NCBI GenBank assembly: GCA_021772455.1
Contig: JAJFLY010000006.1
Location: 112,377-176,376 of the forward strand
Direction of reading: 5' to 3'
Source: Chlamydiota bacterium
GTDB taxonomy: Bacteria; Chlamydiota; Chlamydiia; Chlamydiales; JAAKFR01
Length of the DNA stretch: 64,000 nucleotides
The notes beneath the pieces are model-generated. The model was not told the origin of the DNA and ran no database searches. It worked only from the letters and a program-made list of their open reading frames with translations. Positions 47,935 through 58,099 of the stretch are shown piece after piece. Each line of letters begins with the position of its first letter. Positions within the stretch are counted from its first letter, which is position 1. The position numbers and the translations under genes were made by a program.

Positions 47935-48440
47935 ATCTTTTCAACTAAGTAAAGAGGAAGCAAGAGGCATCCTTCCCCTACCTTTAGTTCTTTAGCGCTT
48001 AATATGATACTCTGCAGCGGCTGATGTTTTTTTCGAAATTTGGCTAAGCTCTGCGCTTTGGTTATCCATCCAGATTTAACCTCGACAGGGACAGGCTTCC
48101 CCTCTTTTTCAATCAAAAATTCTATTTCAGAACGCTCCTCTTCCCAAGAAAAGAGCTTAGAATGCCCCGCTGATAGAAGTTCTTGCGCTACAAAATTCTC
48201 AGCAAAATAGCCTTTATAGGTTCCATAATCATAATCCAAAATAGATTTGGGTGGCAGCCCGCTCATTGCCCCCAAAATCCCCACATCAAAAACCAGCAGT
48301 TTAAACCAACTCTCTTTCGTAAATGCAGAAAAAGGCACTTCACCTCTATTCGTGATCTGGATTTTGATCACCATATGTGCAGCCTCAAGCCAATCAATCG
48401 CACCAGCTAATCGCGCATATTTATCAATATTGATGTAGAT
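47931..48440 (-). pseudogene. 5'-truncated DUF4143-type ATPase gene; only the C-terminal part is retained
   Basis: Family-like sequence (KYARLAGAIDWLEAAH-MVIKIQ...FAENFVAQEL...EIEFLIEKEGKPVPVEVKSG) continues upstream of the first ATG in the same frame. It then runs into the toxin-antitoxin module, and no AAA/P-loop part is present. Confidence 0.55.
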
Positions 48441-48493
48441 ATAGCTAAATATACCCCCATTATGGGAGAATGGGGAAAAGGAGAAAATCCACT

Positions 48494-48742
48494 ATGATGC
48501 ATAAATCCGTCCAAGCAGATGCTGCAGGACGCATTAATTTAGGCAAGCAATGCGCTGGCCGTCTGTTTACCATCTCCGAGGAGAATGAAAAAATCGTTCT
48601 TGAGCCAGCTCGTATTGTTCCTGAGCGAGATGTTGAGGGCCTTCTGCTTAATGAGAAAGAATGGTCTAGGTTTCAAGAAATTATGGACGACGACGACGAG
48701 CCAAATGATCATTTGCGTCAATTAATGAAAGATTCCGATTAA
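48494..48742 (+). CDS. Antitoxin with an AbrB-like N-terminal half and a TacA/DUF1778-like C-terminal half
   Basis: GGAG RBS at 48481-48484 precedes ATG 48494. AAGRINLGKQCAGRLFTISEENEKIVLEP is followed by LNEKEWSRFQEIMDDDDEPNDHLRQLM. The TAATG overlaps the toxin start. Confidence 0.6.
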   Translation: MMHKSVQADAAGRINLGKQCAGRLFTISEENEKIVLEPARIVPERDVEGLLLNEKEWSRFQEIMDDDDEPNDHLRQLMKDSD

Positions 48743-49263
48743 TGGTAAAGATCGCACAACTGCATTGCAAACGGTTAAATGACTCAATCAACTGTACTGA
48801 GTTTGACTGTGGAGTAGAGCCGCTCAACAGATTCTTAGCCGTGCGAGCGCTTACCGAGATGAGTCAACGTCTTTCTGTGACTACCGCCACTTCGAACGGC
48901 GAAGGAGCTGTTGCTGGGTTTTACTCGATTTCCCCCACTCAAATTGGCAAAGAATTTTTATCAAAAAATATAGGGCGCGGGGTTCCATATGAAACAGTTC
49001 CAGGGATGAGAATTGGGCGTTTGGCTGTTCATAAGGACCACCAAGGCAATGGAACTGGTGCCATGCTGCTGCGACATGCGCTGCAAAAATGTTTGAAGAT
49101 GTCCGAGGAATTTGGCGGCAGAGTGGTGGTGGTCGATGCAAAAAACGACACCGCTGCGGCATTCTATAGCCGATATGGGTTTAAGCCGATCAAAGACGAT
49201 CCATTGGTCTTGGTTCTCAAAGTATCGACTTTAGCAAAAATTGAAACTCATTCTAATTCATGA
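48742..49263 (+). CDS. GNAT-family acetyltransferase toxin (TacT/AtaT-like)
   Basis: 173 aa with FDCGVEPLNRFL, RIGRLAVHKDHQGNGTGAMLL and AAAFYSRYGF, typical of tRNA-acetylating GNAT toxins. Confidence 0.75.
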   Translation: MVKIAQLHCKRLNDSINCTEFDCGVEPLNRFLAVRALTEMSQRLSVTTATSNGEGAVAGFYSISPTQIGKEFLSKNIGRGVPYETVPGMRIGRLAVHKDHQGNGTGAMLLRHALQKCLKMSEEFGGRVVVVDAKNDTAAAFYSRYGFKPIKDDPLVLVLKVSTLAKIETHSNS

Positions 49264-49774
49264 AATTTGTCTTGAAGTACTCCCGCACTTGAAGGCGCGC
49301 ATAGTGAAGGCGTGAGCGGACTGTTCCATGGGGAATATCGAGCTGAGTGGCAATCTCCTTCTGCGGAATGTGCTTGAGATCGTATAGCTCAAAGACAATC
49401 CGGTGCTTCTCATCAAGGGTTTTAAGAGCCTCTTCGACTTGTAAATAGAACTCTTTTTCTTCTAAAGTCTCGTGACTTGGGAGTATTTCCTCTATCAGAG
49501 GAAGCTCGGTCCTGTGTTTCTTTTTGAGATAATTGATCGATAAGTTGTGGGCAATGCGCCACACCCATGTCGAAAAGCGGGCTCTACGCTGAAAAGAAGC
49601 AAGGTGGTCAAAGGCGTGGATAAATGTCTCCTGCGCAAGATCTTCGGCCATCGATTCGTCATGGACTATGCACAAACAGTGGTGGTAGACGCGATCCCAA
49701 TGCTCACGGACAAGAAGATCCATCGCTCCTTTGTCTCCCTCTAAGCTTTTATTGAGTAGTTCGTCTTCGTTCAT
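49253..49774 (-). CDS. ECF-type RNA polymerase sigma factor (sigma-70 regions 2 and 4)
   Basis: 173 aa with DLAQETFIHAF..FSTWVWRIAHN (region 2) and IPQKEIATQLDIPHGTVRSRLHYAR (region 4). Confidence 0.85.
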   Translation of the reverse strand: MNEDELLNKSLEGDKGAMDLLVREHWDRVYHHCLCIVHDESMAEDLAQETFIHAFDHLASFQRRARFSTWVWRIAHNLSINYLKKKHRTELPLIEEILPSHETLEEKEFYLQVEEALKTLDEKHRIVFELYDLKHIPQKEIATQLDIPHGTVRSRLHYARLQVREYFKTNFMN

Positions 49775-49779
49775 TGTAG

Positions 49780-51111
<1,332 letters not shown>

Positions 51112-51166
51112 TTACAGTTTATAATTATTTATACCAATTTGTTATAATTAGTATGAGGTAGTTATT

Positions 51167-51553
51167 ATGCACACAGTAGTTTTATTTGGCGAAGCGCAAA
51201 AGGGAGAATTCCAAACTGCGTATTATTGTAAAAACTTAGGCCAGCTTTCCGGTTTTTTGGGCGAGCCTCCAACAAATGATTGCCAAGGTTTACAGTTTGC
51301 AGTTCAAGCGCTTTTGTATCAGAGGAGTGTGATCTTTTTTCGCGTTCGAGAAGAGGGTTTTAGCGCTTCAGATTATCAGTTCGGATTGAACTTTCTCGGA
51401 AATAAAGAATTCTTTCCTTCGATTTCTGCGGTTTGTCTTCCTGGAGTAGGGGATGCTGAAATCATTGAGGAGACAGCTCCTATCTGTGAAATCCACAAAA
51501 GTATTCTGATCGTCTCAGAACGCGACCTCTATGATTACTTGACAGTGCGTTAG
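51167..51553 (+). CDS. Hypothetical 128-aa protein whose pattern resembles the N-terminal part of contractile-tail sheath proteins
   Basis: VVLFGEAQKG...VIFFRVREEG...GLNFLG...AVCLPGVGDA...ICEIHKSILIV follows the order of conserved blocks I recall from P2 FI / Mu L sheaths. It is far too short for a full sheath. Confidence 0.4.
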   Translation: MHTVVLFGEAQKGEFQTAYYCKNLGQLSGFLGEPPTNDCQGLQFAVQALLYQRSVIFFRVREEGFSASDYQFGLNFLGNKEFFPSISAVCLPGVGDAEIIEETAPICEIHKSILIVSERDLYDYLTVR

Positions 51554-51556
51554 GTG

Positions 51557-52144
51557 TTAGGTGGCAGCGAAGTACTCAGAAAGACCTTCAGATGTCGCCT
51601 TCATCGATTTCTTACCCTTAGACCAATCAGCTGGACAAACCTCTCCATTTTCTTCGAAGAAAATAAGAGCATCGATCATACGTATTGCCTCATTGACAGA
51701 TCTACCAAGCGGCAAGTCATTAACGATTTGGTGGCGAACAATCCCTGCCTTATCGATTAGGAAAAGACCGCGGTAAGCAATCCCTTCATCTTCTTTAAGA
51801 ACATCATAATCGCGGCAGACGCGCTTATTGATATCGGAGAGAATTGGATATTCGACCCCTTGGATTCCACCACGAGCGCGCGGTGTATCAAGCCAAGCGA
51901 TATGAGAAAAGCAGCTATCGATGGAACATCCAATAACTTGAGCTCCACGGCTTTCAAACTCACCTAGACGCTCTTGAAAAGCGTGTAATTCGGTTGGACA
52001 GACAAATGTAAAGTCGAGAGGATAGAAGAAAAGGACCACATACTTCCCTATATGAGAAGAGAGTGAGAATTGATTTTCAATTTTTCCCTTCACAACAGCT
52101 TTCAAATGAAAATCTGGAGCTTTTTTCCCGACTAATACACCCAT
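51557..52144 (-). CDS. ahpC: 2-Cys peroxiredoxin (AhpC/TSA family)
   Basis: 195 aa with the FTFVCPTE peroxidatic Cys motif and the resolving-Cys region GEVCPA. Confidence 0.9.
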   Translation of the reverse strand: MGVLVGKKAPDFHLKAVVKGKIENQFSLSSHIGKYVVLFFYPLDFTFVCPTELHAFQERLGEFESRGAQVIGCSIDSCFSHIAWLDTPRARGGIQGVEYPILSDINKRVCRDYDVLKEDEGIAYRGLFLIDKAGIVRHQIVNDLPLGRSVNEAIRMIDALIFFEENGEVCPADWSKGKKSMKATSEGLSEYFAAT

Positions 52145-52167
52145 GACAACCTCTATAATAAAAAATT

Positions 52168-52241
52168 TGCACTGGAGAGGATTCGAACCTCTGACCGCCC
52201 GGTTCGTAGCCGGGTACTCTATCCAGCTGAGCTACCAGTGC
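52168..52241 (-). tRNA. tRNA-Arg (anticodon ACG)
   Basis: 74-nt cloverleaf folded by hand on the minus strand. Acceptor GCACTGG/CCAGTGC, anticodon loop CT-ACG-AA, T-loop TTCGAAT. Confidence 0.9.
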
Positions 52242-52253
52242 AAAGTTGTAGCA

Positions 52254-52282
52254 AGTATACACGACAGAGCCCATCAATTCAA
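52254..52282 (-). promoter_or_regulatory. Candidate promoter for tRNA-Arg: TTGAAT, 17 nt, TATACT (minus strand)
   Basis: The -10 lies at 52254-52259 and the -35 at 52277-52282 on the minus strand. The -10 ends 12 nt before the mature tRNA 5' end. Confidence 0.4.
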
Positions 52283-52335
52283 GGCTGAAAGAGTATACAC
52301 TCCTTAAATAAAGTTTTTTTTGCTACAAGGAGGCA

Positions 52336-53193
52336 ATGAGCGCGCGCAAGGATGAAAATATTTTGATCGGTGGAGGACTTGTTCTTCTGGCTGCGGCCTC
52401 CTATGCCTGCATGGGGGCGCTTGTCAAATATGGCAGGCACATCCCTGATCAACAACTCGTTTTTATGCGTAACTTTGTTTGCTTACTAGTTTTACTCCCT
52501 TGGATCTTGATCCCAAAACCTAAGCCTTTACACACAAAAGTCCTACCCACTCATTTGATCCGTGCCGCTGCAGGCCTGTTAAACATGTACTGCTTTTTCT
52601 ACTCGATTCGCTTCATCATTTTGGCAGACGCAATGCTCTTAAACAATACAATGCCTCTTTTCATTCCGCTCGTCCTTCTAGTTTGGAAAAGAAAAAAAAT
52701 CCCTCTCAAACTGATCCCTGGACTCATCATCGGTTTTATTGGGGTGATTTTTATCCTCAATCCTGGAATCAGCTTAATTCGGCCAGCGGCGCTCATCGCA
52801 TTGGCATCGGGGTTATTTATGTCTATCAGCATGACGGGTATTCGTGAGCTTGGAAAATTTGAGCCGATATACCGCATCCTCTTTTACTACTTTGGGATCA
52901 GCTCGGTTGTTTCGGCGATCCCTCTTTTTTGGGCATGGCACGATCATACTCTCTTAACATGGGCGATTTTAGTAGGCGTTGGTCTTTTTGCAGCTGTCTA
53001 TCAGTTTTTTCTTACAAAGGGGTACAGCTACGCCCCTGCTCAAAAAATTAGCCCGCTGATTTATTTTGCGGTGATATTGTCCGGTGTGATTGACTGGATC
53101 TTCTGGGGCATTGTTCCAGGGGTATGGTCTTACATCGGAGTAGTGCTCGTCGTGATCGGGGCAATCTATTGTATTAGGACGGAAGTAACATGA
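52336..53193 (+). CDS. EamA/DMT-family transporter
   Basis: 285 aa with ten hydrophobic helices in the two-repeat organisation typical of EamA. Confidence 0.75.
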   Translation: MSARKDENILIGGGLVLLAAASYACMGALVKYGRHIPDQQLVFMRNFVCLLVLLPWILIPKPKPLHTKVLPTHLIRAAAGLLNMYCFFYSIRFIILADAMLLNNTMPLFIPLVLLVWKRKKIPLKLIPGLIIGFIGVIFILNPGISLIRPAALIALASGLFMSISMTGIRELGKFEPIYRILFYYFGISSVVSAIPLFWAWHDHTLLTWAILVGVGLFAAVYQFFLTKGYSYAPAQKISPLIYFAVILSGVIDWIFWGIVPGVWSYIGVVLVVIGAIYCIRTEVT

Positions 53194-54554
53194 ACATTGT
53201 GATCATCGGTGCAGGAGATATCGGTCTCCATTTAGCCAATATTTTCTCTCAGATCGATTATCGAATAGTTTTGATCGATACAGATCCTCAAAAACTTGAG
53301 CAGGCAGCACGTGATCTAGACGTTGCAACGCGCCTTGGCTCTGGGACAGATTGGGAACTTCTCGAAGAATTAATGGATTTCGATCCCGATCTATTGATCG
53401 CGCTCACTAATGTCGATGAAAAAAATCTGACTGCCTGCACAATTGCAAAAAACCTCGGCTACCCCCAAACAATTGCCCGTGTGCGGAGCAACAAGTTTTT
53501 TATCGAAAGCCGCTTAAGCTTTGAGCGGCTCTTTAACGTTGATCATCTCATTGGCCCAGAAAAACTCACCGCCGATGCGATCGCAAATATGATCCTGGTT
53601 CCCGGTTCCATTGGAACTGAGCAATTTGCCCATGGTTCGATCGAAATGCGTACGATGAAAATTCCAAAATCATGGAGAAAAGGGGATATCCCTCTATCAA
53701 ACCGGGCCGAGCTAAATTTACCCGCAGAGCTGATGGTGGGGCTTGTTAAAAGAACGCTTCCCAGTACTGCAAATGAAGCGGTTATTTTTCCACATGGGCA
53801 CGATACCCTCCAGCCGGAAGATGAGGTCACATTCATTGGCGAGAGTGGTGCGATTAAACAACTGCCTAAATTTTTTGGAACCTCACCCAAACTTCCTAAA
53901 TCTGTTGTTATCGTTGGGGGATCTTTAATTGGAATCAACCTCGCACGCATTTTAACCGAGAGCAATGTTCGGGTACGCATTATTGACAACGACTTTAACA
54001 AATGTCGCTATCTCTCAGAGATTCTCCCCTACAGCACAGTCATTTATCGAAGCGGCACTGATTACCGCTTTCTCCAATCAGAAAAGGTTGAAGAGGCCGA
54101 TTTTTTTGTTGGATGCACTCGTAACGACGAGGTGAATTTTCTTGCCGGGGCAATTGCCCGCGATTTGGGTTGCCATAATGTGATCATCTCCCTTTCTGAC
54201 ACCAATTATATGCCGCTTGTCAATCGGCTCGGGATTTCACAGGCAGCCTCCCCTAGGATTAATGCGGCAAACCGCATCCTTTCAATCGCCCGCGAACGGA
54301 CGATTGCTTCGATGGTCTCGATGTATGACAACAAGGCCGAAATTATGGAGGTCAAGGTCTCTGCCAACTCTAAACTTGCCGGGATTCCAATACGGCAGCT
54401 AGGCCCTGAACTTCCAGATGATTTTTTGATCGTTGTGATACAAAGCCGTGGAAGAATAATTATTGCCGATGGCAACCGGGTCCTATCGCCCGGAGATACG
54501 GTTGTTGTGATCAGTAGCCCCAAACATGTAACGGAATTGAAAAAGCTCTTCTAA
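53190..54554 (+). CDS. trkA: Trk potassium uptake system NAD-binding subunit
   Basis: 454 aa with two Rossmann repeats (IVIIGAGDIG, VVIVGGSLIG), each followed by a TrkA_C-like segment. Confidence 0.85.
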   Translation: MNIVIIGAGDIGLHLANIFSQIDYRIVLIDTDPQKLEQAARDLDVATRLGSGTDWELLEELMDFDPDLLIALTNVDEKNLTACTIAKNLGYPQTIARVRSNKFFIESRLSFERLFNVDHLIGPEKLTADAIANMILVPGSIGTEQFAHGSIEMRTMKIPKSWRKGDIPLSNRAELNLPAELMVGLVKRTLPSTANEAVIFPHGHDTLQPEDEVTFIGESGAIKQLPKFFGTSPKLPKSVVIVGGSLIGINLARILTESNVRVRIIDNDFNKCRYLSEILPYSTVIYRSGTDYRFLQSEKVEEADFFVGCTRNDEVNFLAGAIARDLGCHNVIISLSDTNYMPLVNRLGISQAASPRINAANRILSIARERTIASMVSMYDNKAEIMEVKVSANSKLAGIPIRQLGPELPDDFLIVVIQSRGRIIIADGNRVLSPGDTVVVISSPKHVTELKKLF

Positions 54555-56167
54555 TGTTATATAGAGATATCTGCAAAACACTCTCTTTTTACATGTGGAT
54601 CCTGGTGATCCCATTAAGCATTCCGTTTTTTATCGGAGCATATTGCGAGTGGATCGTAGGTCCAGAGGTCTATCCTCAACCTCCTGCTGCTTTTGCCTTT
54701 TTATTGACAATAGGCACGACTGTGCTAGTAGGCGCTTTGTTTTGGCTCATCGGGCGTAATAGAACCGGCCATTTATTCCGCAGAGAAGCCCTTCTCCTGG
54801 TTTTACTCGTCTATCTGCTAACCCCAGCAATCGGAGCGCTCCCGTTCTTGTTTAACGGAACTTTTTCAAACCCCCTCGACGGCTATTTTGAATCGGTATC
54901 CGGAATCACTACGACCGGCGCAACGGTGATGCAGGCAAAAAAAATTGATCCCCAAACAAAAGCTGAGCGTCCAATCAAGGTGAGCTTTGTAACAGGAGCA
55001 AAAACAACCTATACCTATAATGGAACTATCTCGCCTGTAATCGATCCTAAAACGCATGAGGTTTTGAGTGGACTTGATGCCGTCAGCCCTGCTCTGCTCT
55101 TCTGGCGTAGCTTAATGCAATGGATGGGTGGTGGCGGTATTATCGTCCTTTTTGTCGCGATTCTCCCAGCTCTTGGTGTCGGGGGGAAAATTTTGTTTCA
55201 AACCGAGGTGACAGGCCCAAGCAAAGAATCAATGATGCCCCAGATCAAAGAGACGGCTAGCAAATTATGGAAAATTTACCTCGGACTTACAATCTGTCAG
55301 ATCATTCTACTAATGGTTACCAACGACGCCATTTCCCTCTTTGATGCCGTCACGATCTCTTTTTCAACGATTTCAACCGGTGGGTTTACAGGACAAAATA
55401 ATGGAATTGCCACCTTTAATAGCGCCTACACAGATTGGATCATTGTCCTCTTTATGATTTTGGGAAGCATAAGCTTCTCGATCTATTTCTTTTGCATGCG
55501 TGGTAAATTCAATAGGTTGCGCGATCCCGAGCTGCGTCTATTTTTATTAATTATTCTTTTTGCAGTCATCGTTGCAACGTGGCAACTGTTGGGCAGTTAT
55601 CCCTTTTGGAAAGCCTTTCAATTTGGAACTTTTCAAGTAATCTCAGCCCAAACCTCCACCGGTTTTTCAACTGCAAACTACGATATATGGCCCTTCTCTG
55701 TCCAGGTACTGATGTTGATATTATTCTATGTTGGAGGAATGGCTGGATCGACGGCAGGGGGGATAAAAGTTGTTCGGCATCAAACTTTTTTCCGCATCAT
55801 GCTCAATAAAATCGAATCGATTTACCGCCCCGATGCTGTGCGCACCTATCGACTGGGAAATACCATCATCGACAACCGAACGGCCACAACCGTTTTGTGT
55901 TATTTTATGGTCACAGCTTCTTTAGCAATTATGGGGACATTTTTGCTCGTTCTAGATGGTGTCGATCCTGAAACTGGGCTTTCGACGGTTTCCTGTATGC
56001 TGAACAATGTAGGGATAGCCTTTAGAATGGGAGGACCAACAGAGTCGTTCGCTTTTCTCTCTAATTGGGGGAAAATTCTCTCTTGCTTTTGGATGATTGC
56101 TGGACGGCTAGAGTACTTTGCTGTACTAATCGCCTTTGTTCCCGCCTTCTGGAGAACCTCCTACTGA
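54554..56167 (+). CDS. trkH: Trk potassium uptake system membrane subunit
   Basis: 537 aa, multi-pass, with selectivity-filter-like repeats (SGITTTG, STISTGG, AQTSTGF). It overlaps the trkA stop. Confidence 0.85.
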   Translation: MLYRDICKTLSFYMWILVIPLSIPFFIGAYCEWIVGPEVYPQPPAAFAFLLTIGTTVLVGALFWLIGRNRTGHLFRREALLLVLLVYLLTPAIGALPFLFNGTFSNPLDGYFESVSGITTTGATVMQAKKIDPQTKAERPIKVSFVTGAKTTYTYNGTISPVIDPKTHEVLSGLDAVSPALLFWRSLMQWMGGGGIIVLFVAILPALGVGGKILFQTEVTGPSKESMMPQIKETASKLWKIYLGLTICQIILLMVTNDAISLFDAVTISFSTISTGGFTGQNNGIATFNSAYTDWIIVLFMILGSISFSIYFFCMRGKFNRLRDPELRLFLLIILFAVIVATWQLLGSYPFWKAFQFGTFQVISAQTSTGFSTANYDIWPFSVQVLMLILFYVGGMAGSTAGGIKVVRHQTFFRIMLNKIESIYRPDAVRTYRLGNTIIDNRTATTVLCYFMVTASLAIMGTFLLVLDGVDPETGLSTVSCMLNNVGIAFRMGGPTESFAFLSNWGKILSCFWMIAGRLEYFAVLIAFVPAFWRTSY

Positions 56168-56353
56168 GTCCTTGTAATCATTGATGTAGAACCCCTCACC
56201 GACAAATCGGAAAGTCGCAGACCCACCACCAACCCCGCGTTTAAGGGTTTGCTTAGTGCACTCTGGACATGTTTGCAACGGCTCGTCGTGGATTTTTTGA
56301 AAAGCTTCAAGCTCGTGGCCGCACGCTTCACAACTGTAATCGTATGTAGGCAT
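56126..56353 (-). CDS. FmdB-family zinc-ribbon protein
   Basis: 75 aa, MPTYDYSCEACGHE...CPEC. The 3' end overlaps the trkH 3' end by 42 nt. Confidence 0.75.
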   Translation of the reverse strand: MPTYDYSCEACGHELEAFQKIHDEPLQTCPECTKQTLKRGVGGGSATFRFVGEGFYINDYKDSVGGSPEGGNKGD

Positions 56354-56371
56354 AATTCTTATTAAATTGAA

Positions 56372-56397
56372 GGCCGGAAGAGATATCCCCTCCGGCC
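56372..56397 (-). terminator. Hairpin downstream of groEL (GGCCGGA-12 nt-TCCGGCC) followed by a T-rich tract on the minus strand
   Basis: A 7-bp GC-rich stem 8 nt after the groEL stop, followed by TTCAATTT. Confidence 0.4.
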
Positions 56398-56404
56398 ATA
56401 AGGG

Positions 56405-58081
56405 TTACATTCCCATGCCACCCATCATTCCACCCATGCCGCCCATTCCACCCATTCCACCCATGCCGTCCATTGCAGGAGCAGCATCTTGTTTTGGTTT
56501 AGGTTTATCAGTGATCATTACAGCCGTGGTTAACAAGAGCCCAGCAACCGATGCAGCATGGCGCAAAGCAGACTTTGTGACCATGACAGGATCAATCACG
56601 CCAGCTTCGACGAGATTACCAAATGTATCGGTAAGGCCATTATATCCCCAGTTCTCCTCTTTGCTTTCATAAATTTTCTCAGCAATGAGGTTTCCTTGTT
56701 TTCCGCAGTTATTTGCAATCGCAGTCGCGGGAGCAAAAGCTGCCTTGTAGATGATTTGTGCTCCGACAGCTTCATCCCCACTAAGGTTGAGCTCCTCGAG
56801 ACATTTCACAGCTTTGAGCAAAGCGACCCCACCTCCAGGAACAATCCCTTCAGCAACAGCGGCGCGTGTCGCATGTAGCGCATCTTCAACGCGCGCTTTT
56901 TTCTCTTTCATTTCGGTTTCAGTCGCAGCGCCCACTTTGATAACAGCGACACCACCAACCAACTTCGCAAGTCGCTCTTCGAGCTTTTCACGGTCGTAGT
57001 CAGAGGTGCAATTTGCAATTTCCCCACGAATCTGCGATTCACGCGTTTTCAAGCGCTTGACATCGCCCATGCCATCGATGAGGGTCGTCTGTTCTTTTGA
57101 AATCTTAAGTTGCTTTGCCTGCCCAAGAACTTCTGGACCTACATCTTCAAGCTTCAGTCCGATATCTTCTGAAACGACAGTGGCGCCGGTAAGGCATGCA
57201 ATATCTTCTAACATCGCTTTTCGGCGATCGCCAAATCCTGGCGCTTTTACCGCACAAACAGGAAGACCACTCTTGGGATTGAGCTTGTTCACAACAAGTG
57301 TTGCAAGCGCCTCAGAATCGACATCCTCAGCGATAATCAAAAGAGGCTTTGGACTGTTTTCCATCGTCTTTTCCAAAATTGGAACGAGCTCTTTTGCAGA
57401 TGAAATTTTCTTGTCGACCAAAAGAATCAATGCATTGTCTAGTTCAACGCTCATATTTTGCGGATTTGTGATGAAGTAGGGAGAGAGGAAACCCTTGTCA
57501 AATTGCATCCCTTCAACCACATCGAGAACCGTTTCGATCCCTTTTGCTTCATCAACGGTAATAATTCCGTCTTTTCCAACTTTTTGCATCGCGTCTCCAA
57601 TAATCGAACCAATAACTGGATCGTTATTCGCTGAGATCGTTGCAATTTGCTTAACCTCTTCAGGCGTTTTTACACTTGCTGAGGCATTGGAAAGCGTTTG
57701 TGTCATTTTTTCGACGGCTTTTTCAATTCCACGCTTTAAACTCATGGGATTACAACCAGCTGTCACATTTCTCACGCCCGCGGTATAAATGGATTCGGCC
57801 AAAACGATCGCAGTTGTTGTTCCGTCTCCGGCAACATCAGAAGTTTTCGAAGCGACCTCTTTGACGAGTTGAGCGCCCATGTTTTCAAATTTGTCTTTGA
57901 GGGCAACTTCTTTGGCAACAGTCACACCATCTTTTGTAGAAAGAGGAGCTCCAAAACCCTTTTTAATAACAACATTACGCCCTTTTGGACCGAGTGTCAC
58001 AATCACGGCTTTTGCAAGCTTTGAGATCCCATTTTGAATAGACTTAAGAGCGTCTTGCTTAAACTGAAACATCTTTGACAT
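56405..58081 (-). CDS. groL: Chaperonin GroEL (60 kDa)
   Basis: 558 aa with AGDGTTTA and a C-terminal GGM repeat tail. Confidence 0.97.
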   Translation of the reverse strand: MSKMFQFKQDALKSIQNGISKLAKAVIVTLGPKGRNVVIKKGFGAPLSTKDGVTVAKEVALKDKFENMGAQLVKEVASKTSDVAGDGTTTAIVLAESIYTAGVRNVTAGCNPMSLKRGIEKAVEKMTQTLSNASASVKTPEEVKQIATISANNDPVIGSIIGDAMQKVGKDGIITVDEAKGIETVLDVVEGMQFDKGFLSPYFITNPQNMSVELDNALILLVDKKISSAKELVPILEKTMENSPKPLLIIAEDVDSEALATLVVNKLNPKSGLPVCAVKAPGFGDRRKAMLEDIACLTGATVVSEDIGLKLEDVGPEVLGQAKQLKISKEQTTLIDGMGDVKRLKTRESQIRGEIANCTSDYDREKLEERLAKLVGGVAVIKVGAATETEMKEKKARVEDALHATRAAVAEGIVPGGGVALLKAVKCLEELNLSGDEAVGAQIIYKAAFAPATAIANNCGKQGNLIAEKIYESKEENWGYNGLTDTFGNLVEAGVIDPVMVTKSALRHAASVAGLLLTTAVMITDKPKPKQDAAPAMDGMGGMGGMGGMGGMMGGMGM

Positions 58082-58099
58082 AAAATTTTACTCCCTTAA

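Noticed and set aside
47931-49263. Interpreting the DUF4143 fragments plus the toxin-antitoxin module as an IS element or integrative element
   Set aside because: I could find no transposase, integrase, terminal inverted repeats or flanking direct repeats, and the adjacent tRNA genes are more than 3 kb away. Only erosion remnants are visible.
51554-51776. Two plus-strand ORFs of 68 and 71 aa following the sheath-like ORF, considered as a frameshifted continuation of it
   Set aside because: They are antisense to the well-supported ahpC gene, and their translations show no sheath-like blocks.
52254-52300. Direct repeat AGTATACAC twice, about 40 nt apart, upstream of tRNA-Arg
   Set aside because: One copy is explained as the -10 (TATACT) of the candidate tRNA promoter. 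A 9-nt repeat in an A+T-rich spacer is not significant on its own.
56367-56672. 101-aa plus-strand ORF with a striking Pro/Met/Ile repeat ([17 protein letters not shown])
   Set aside because: It is the antisense reading of the GroEL C-terminal GGM repeat tail. It lies entirely within groEL and has no independent signals.
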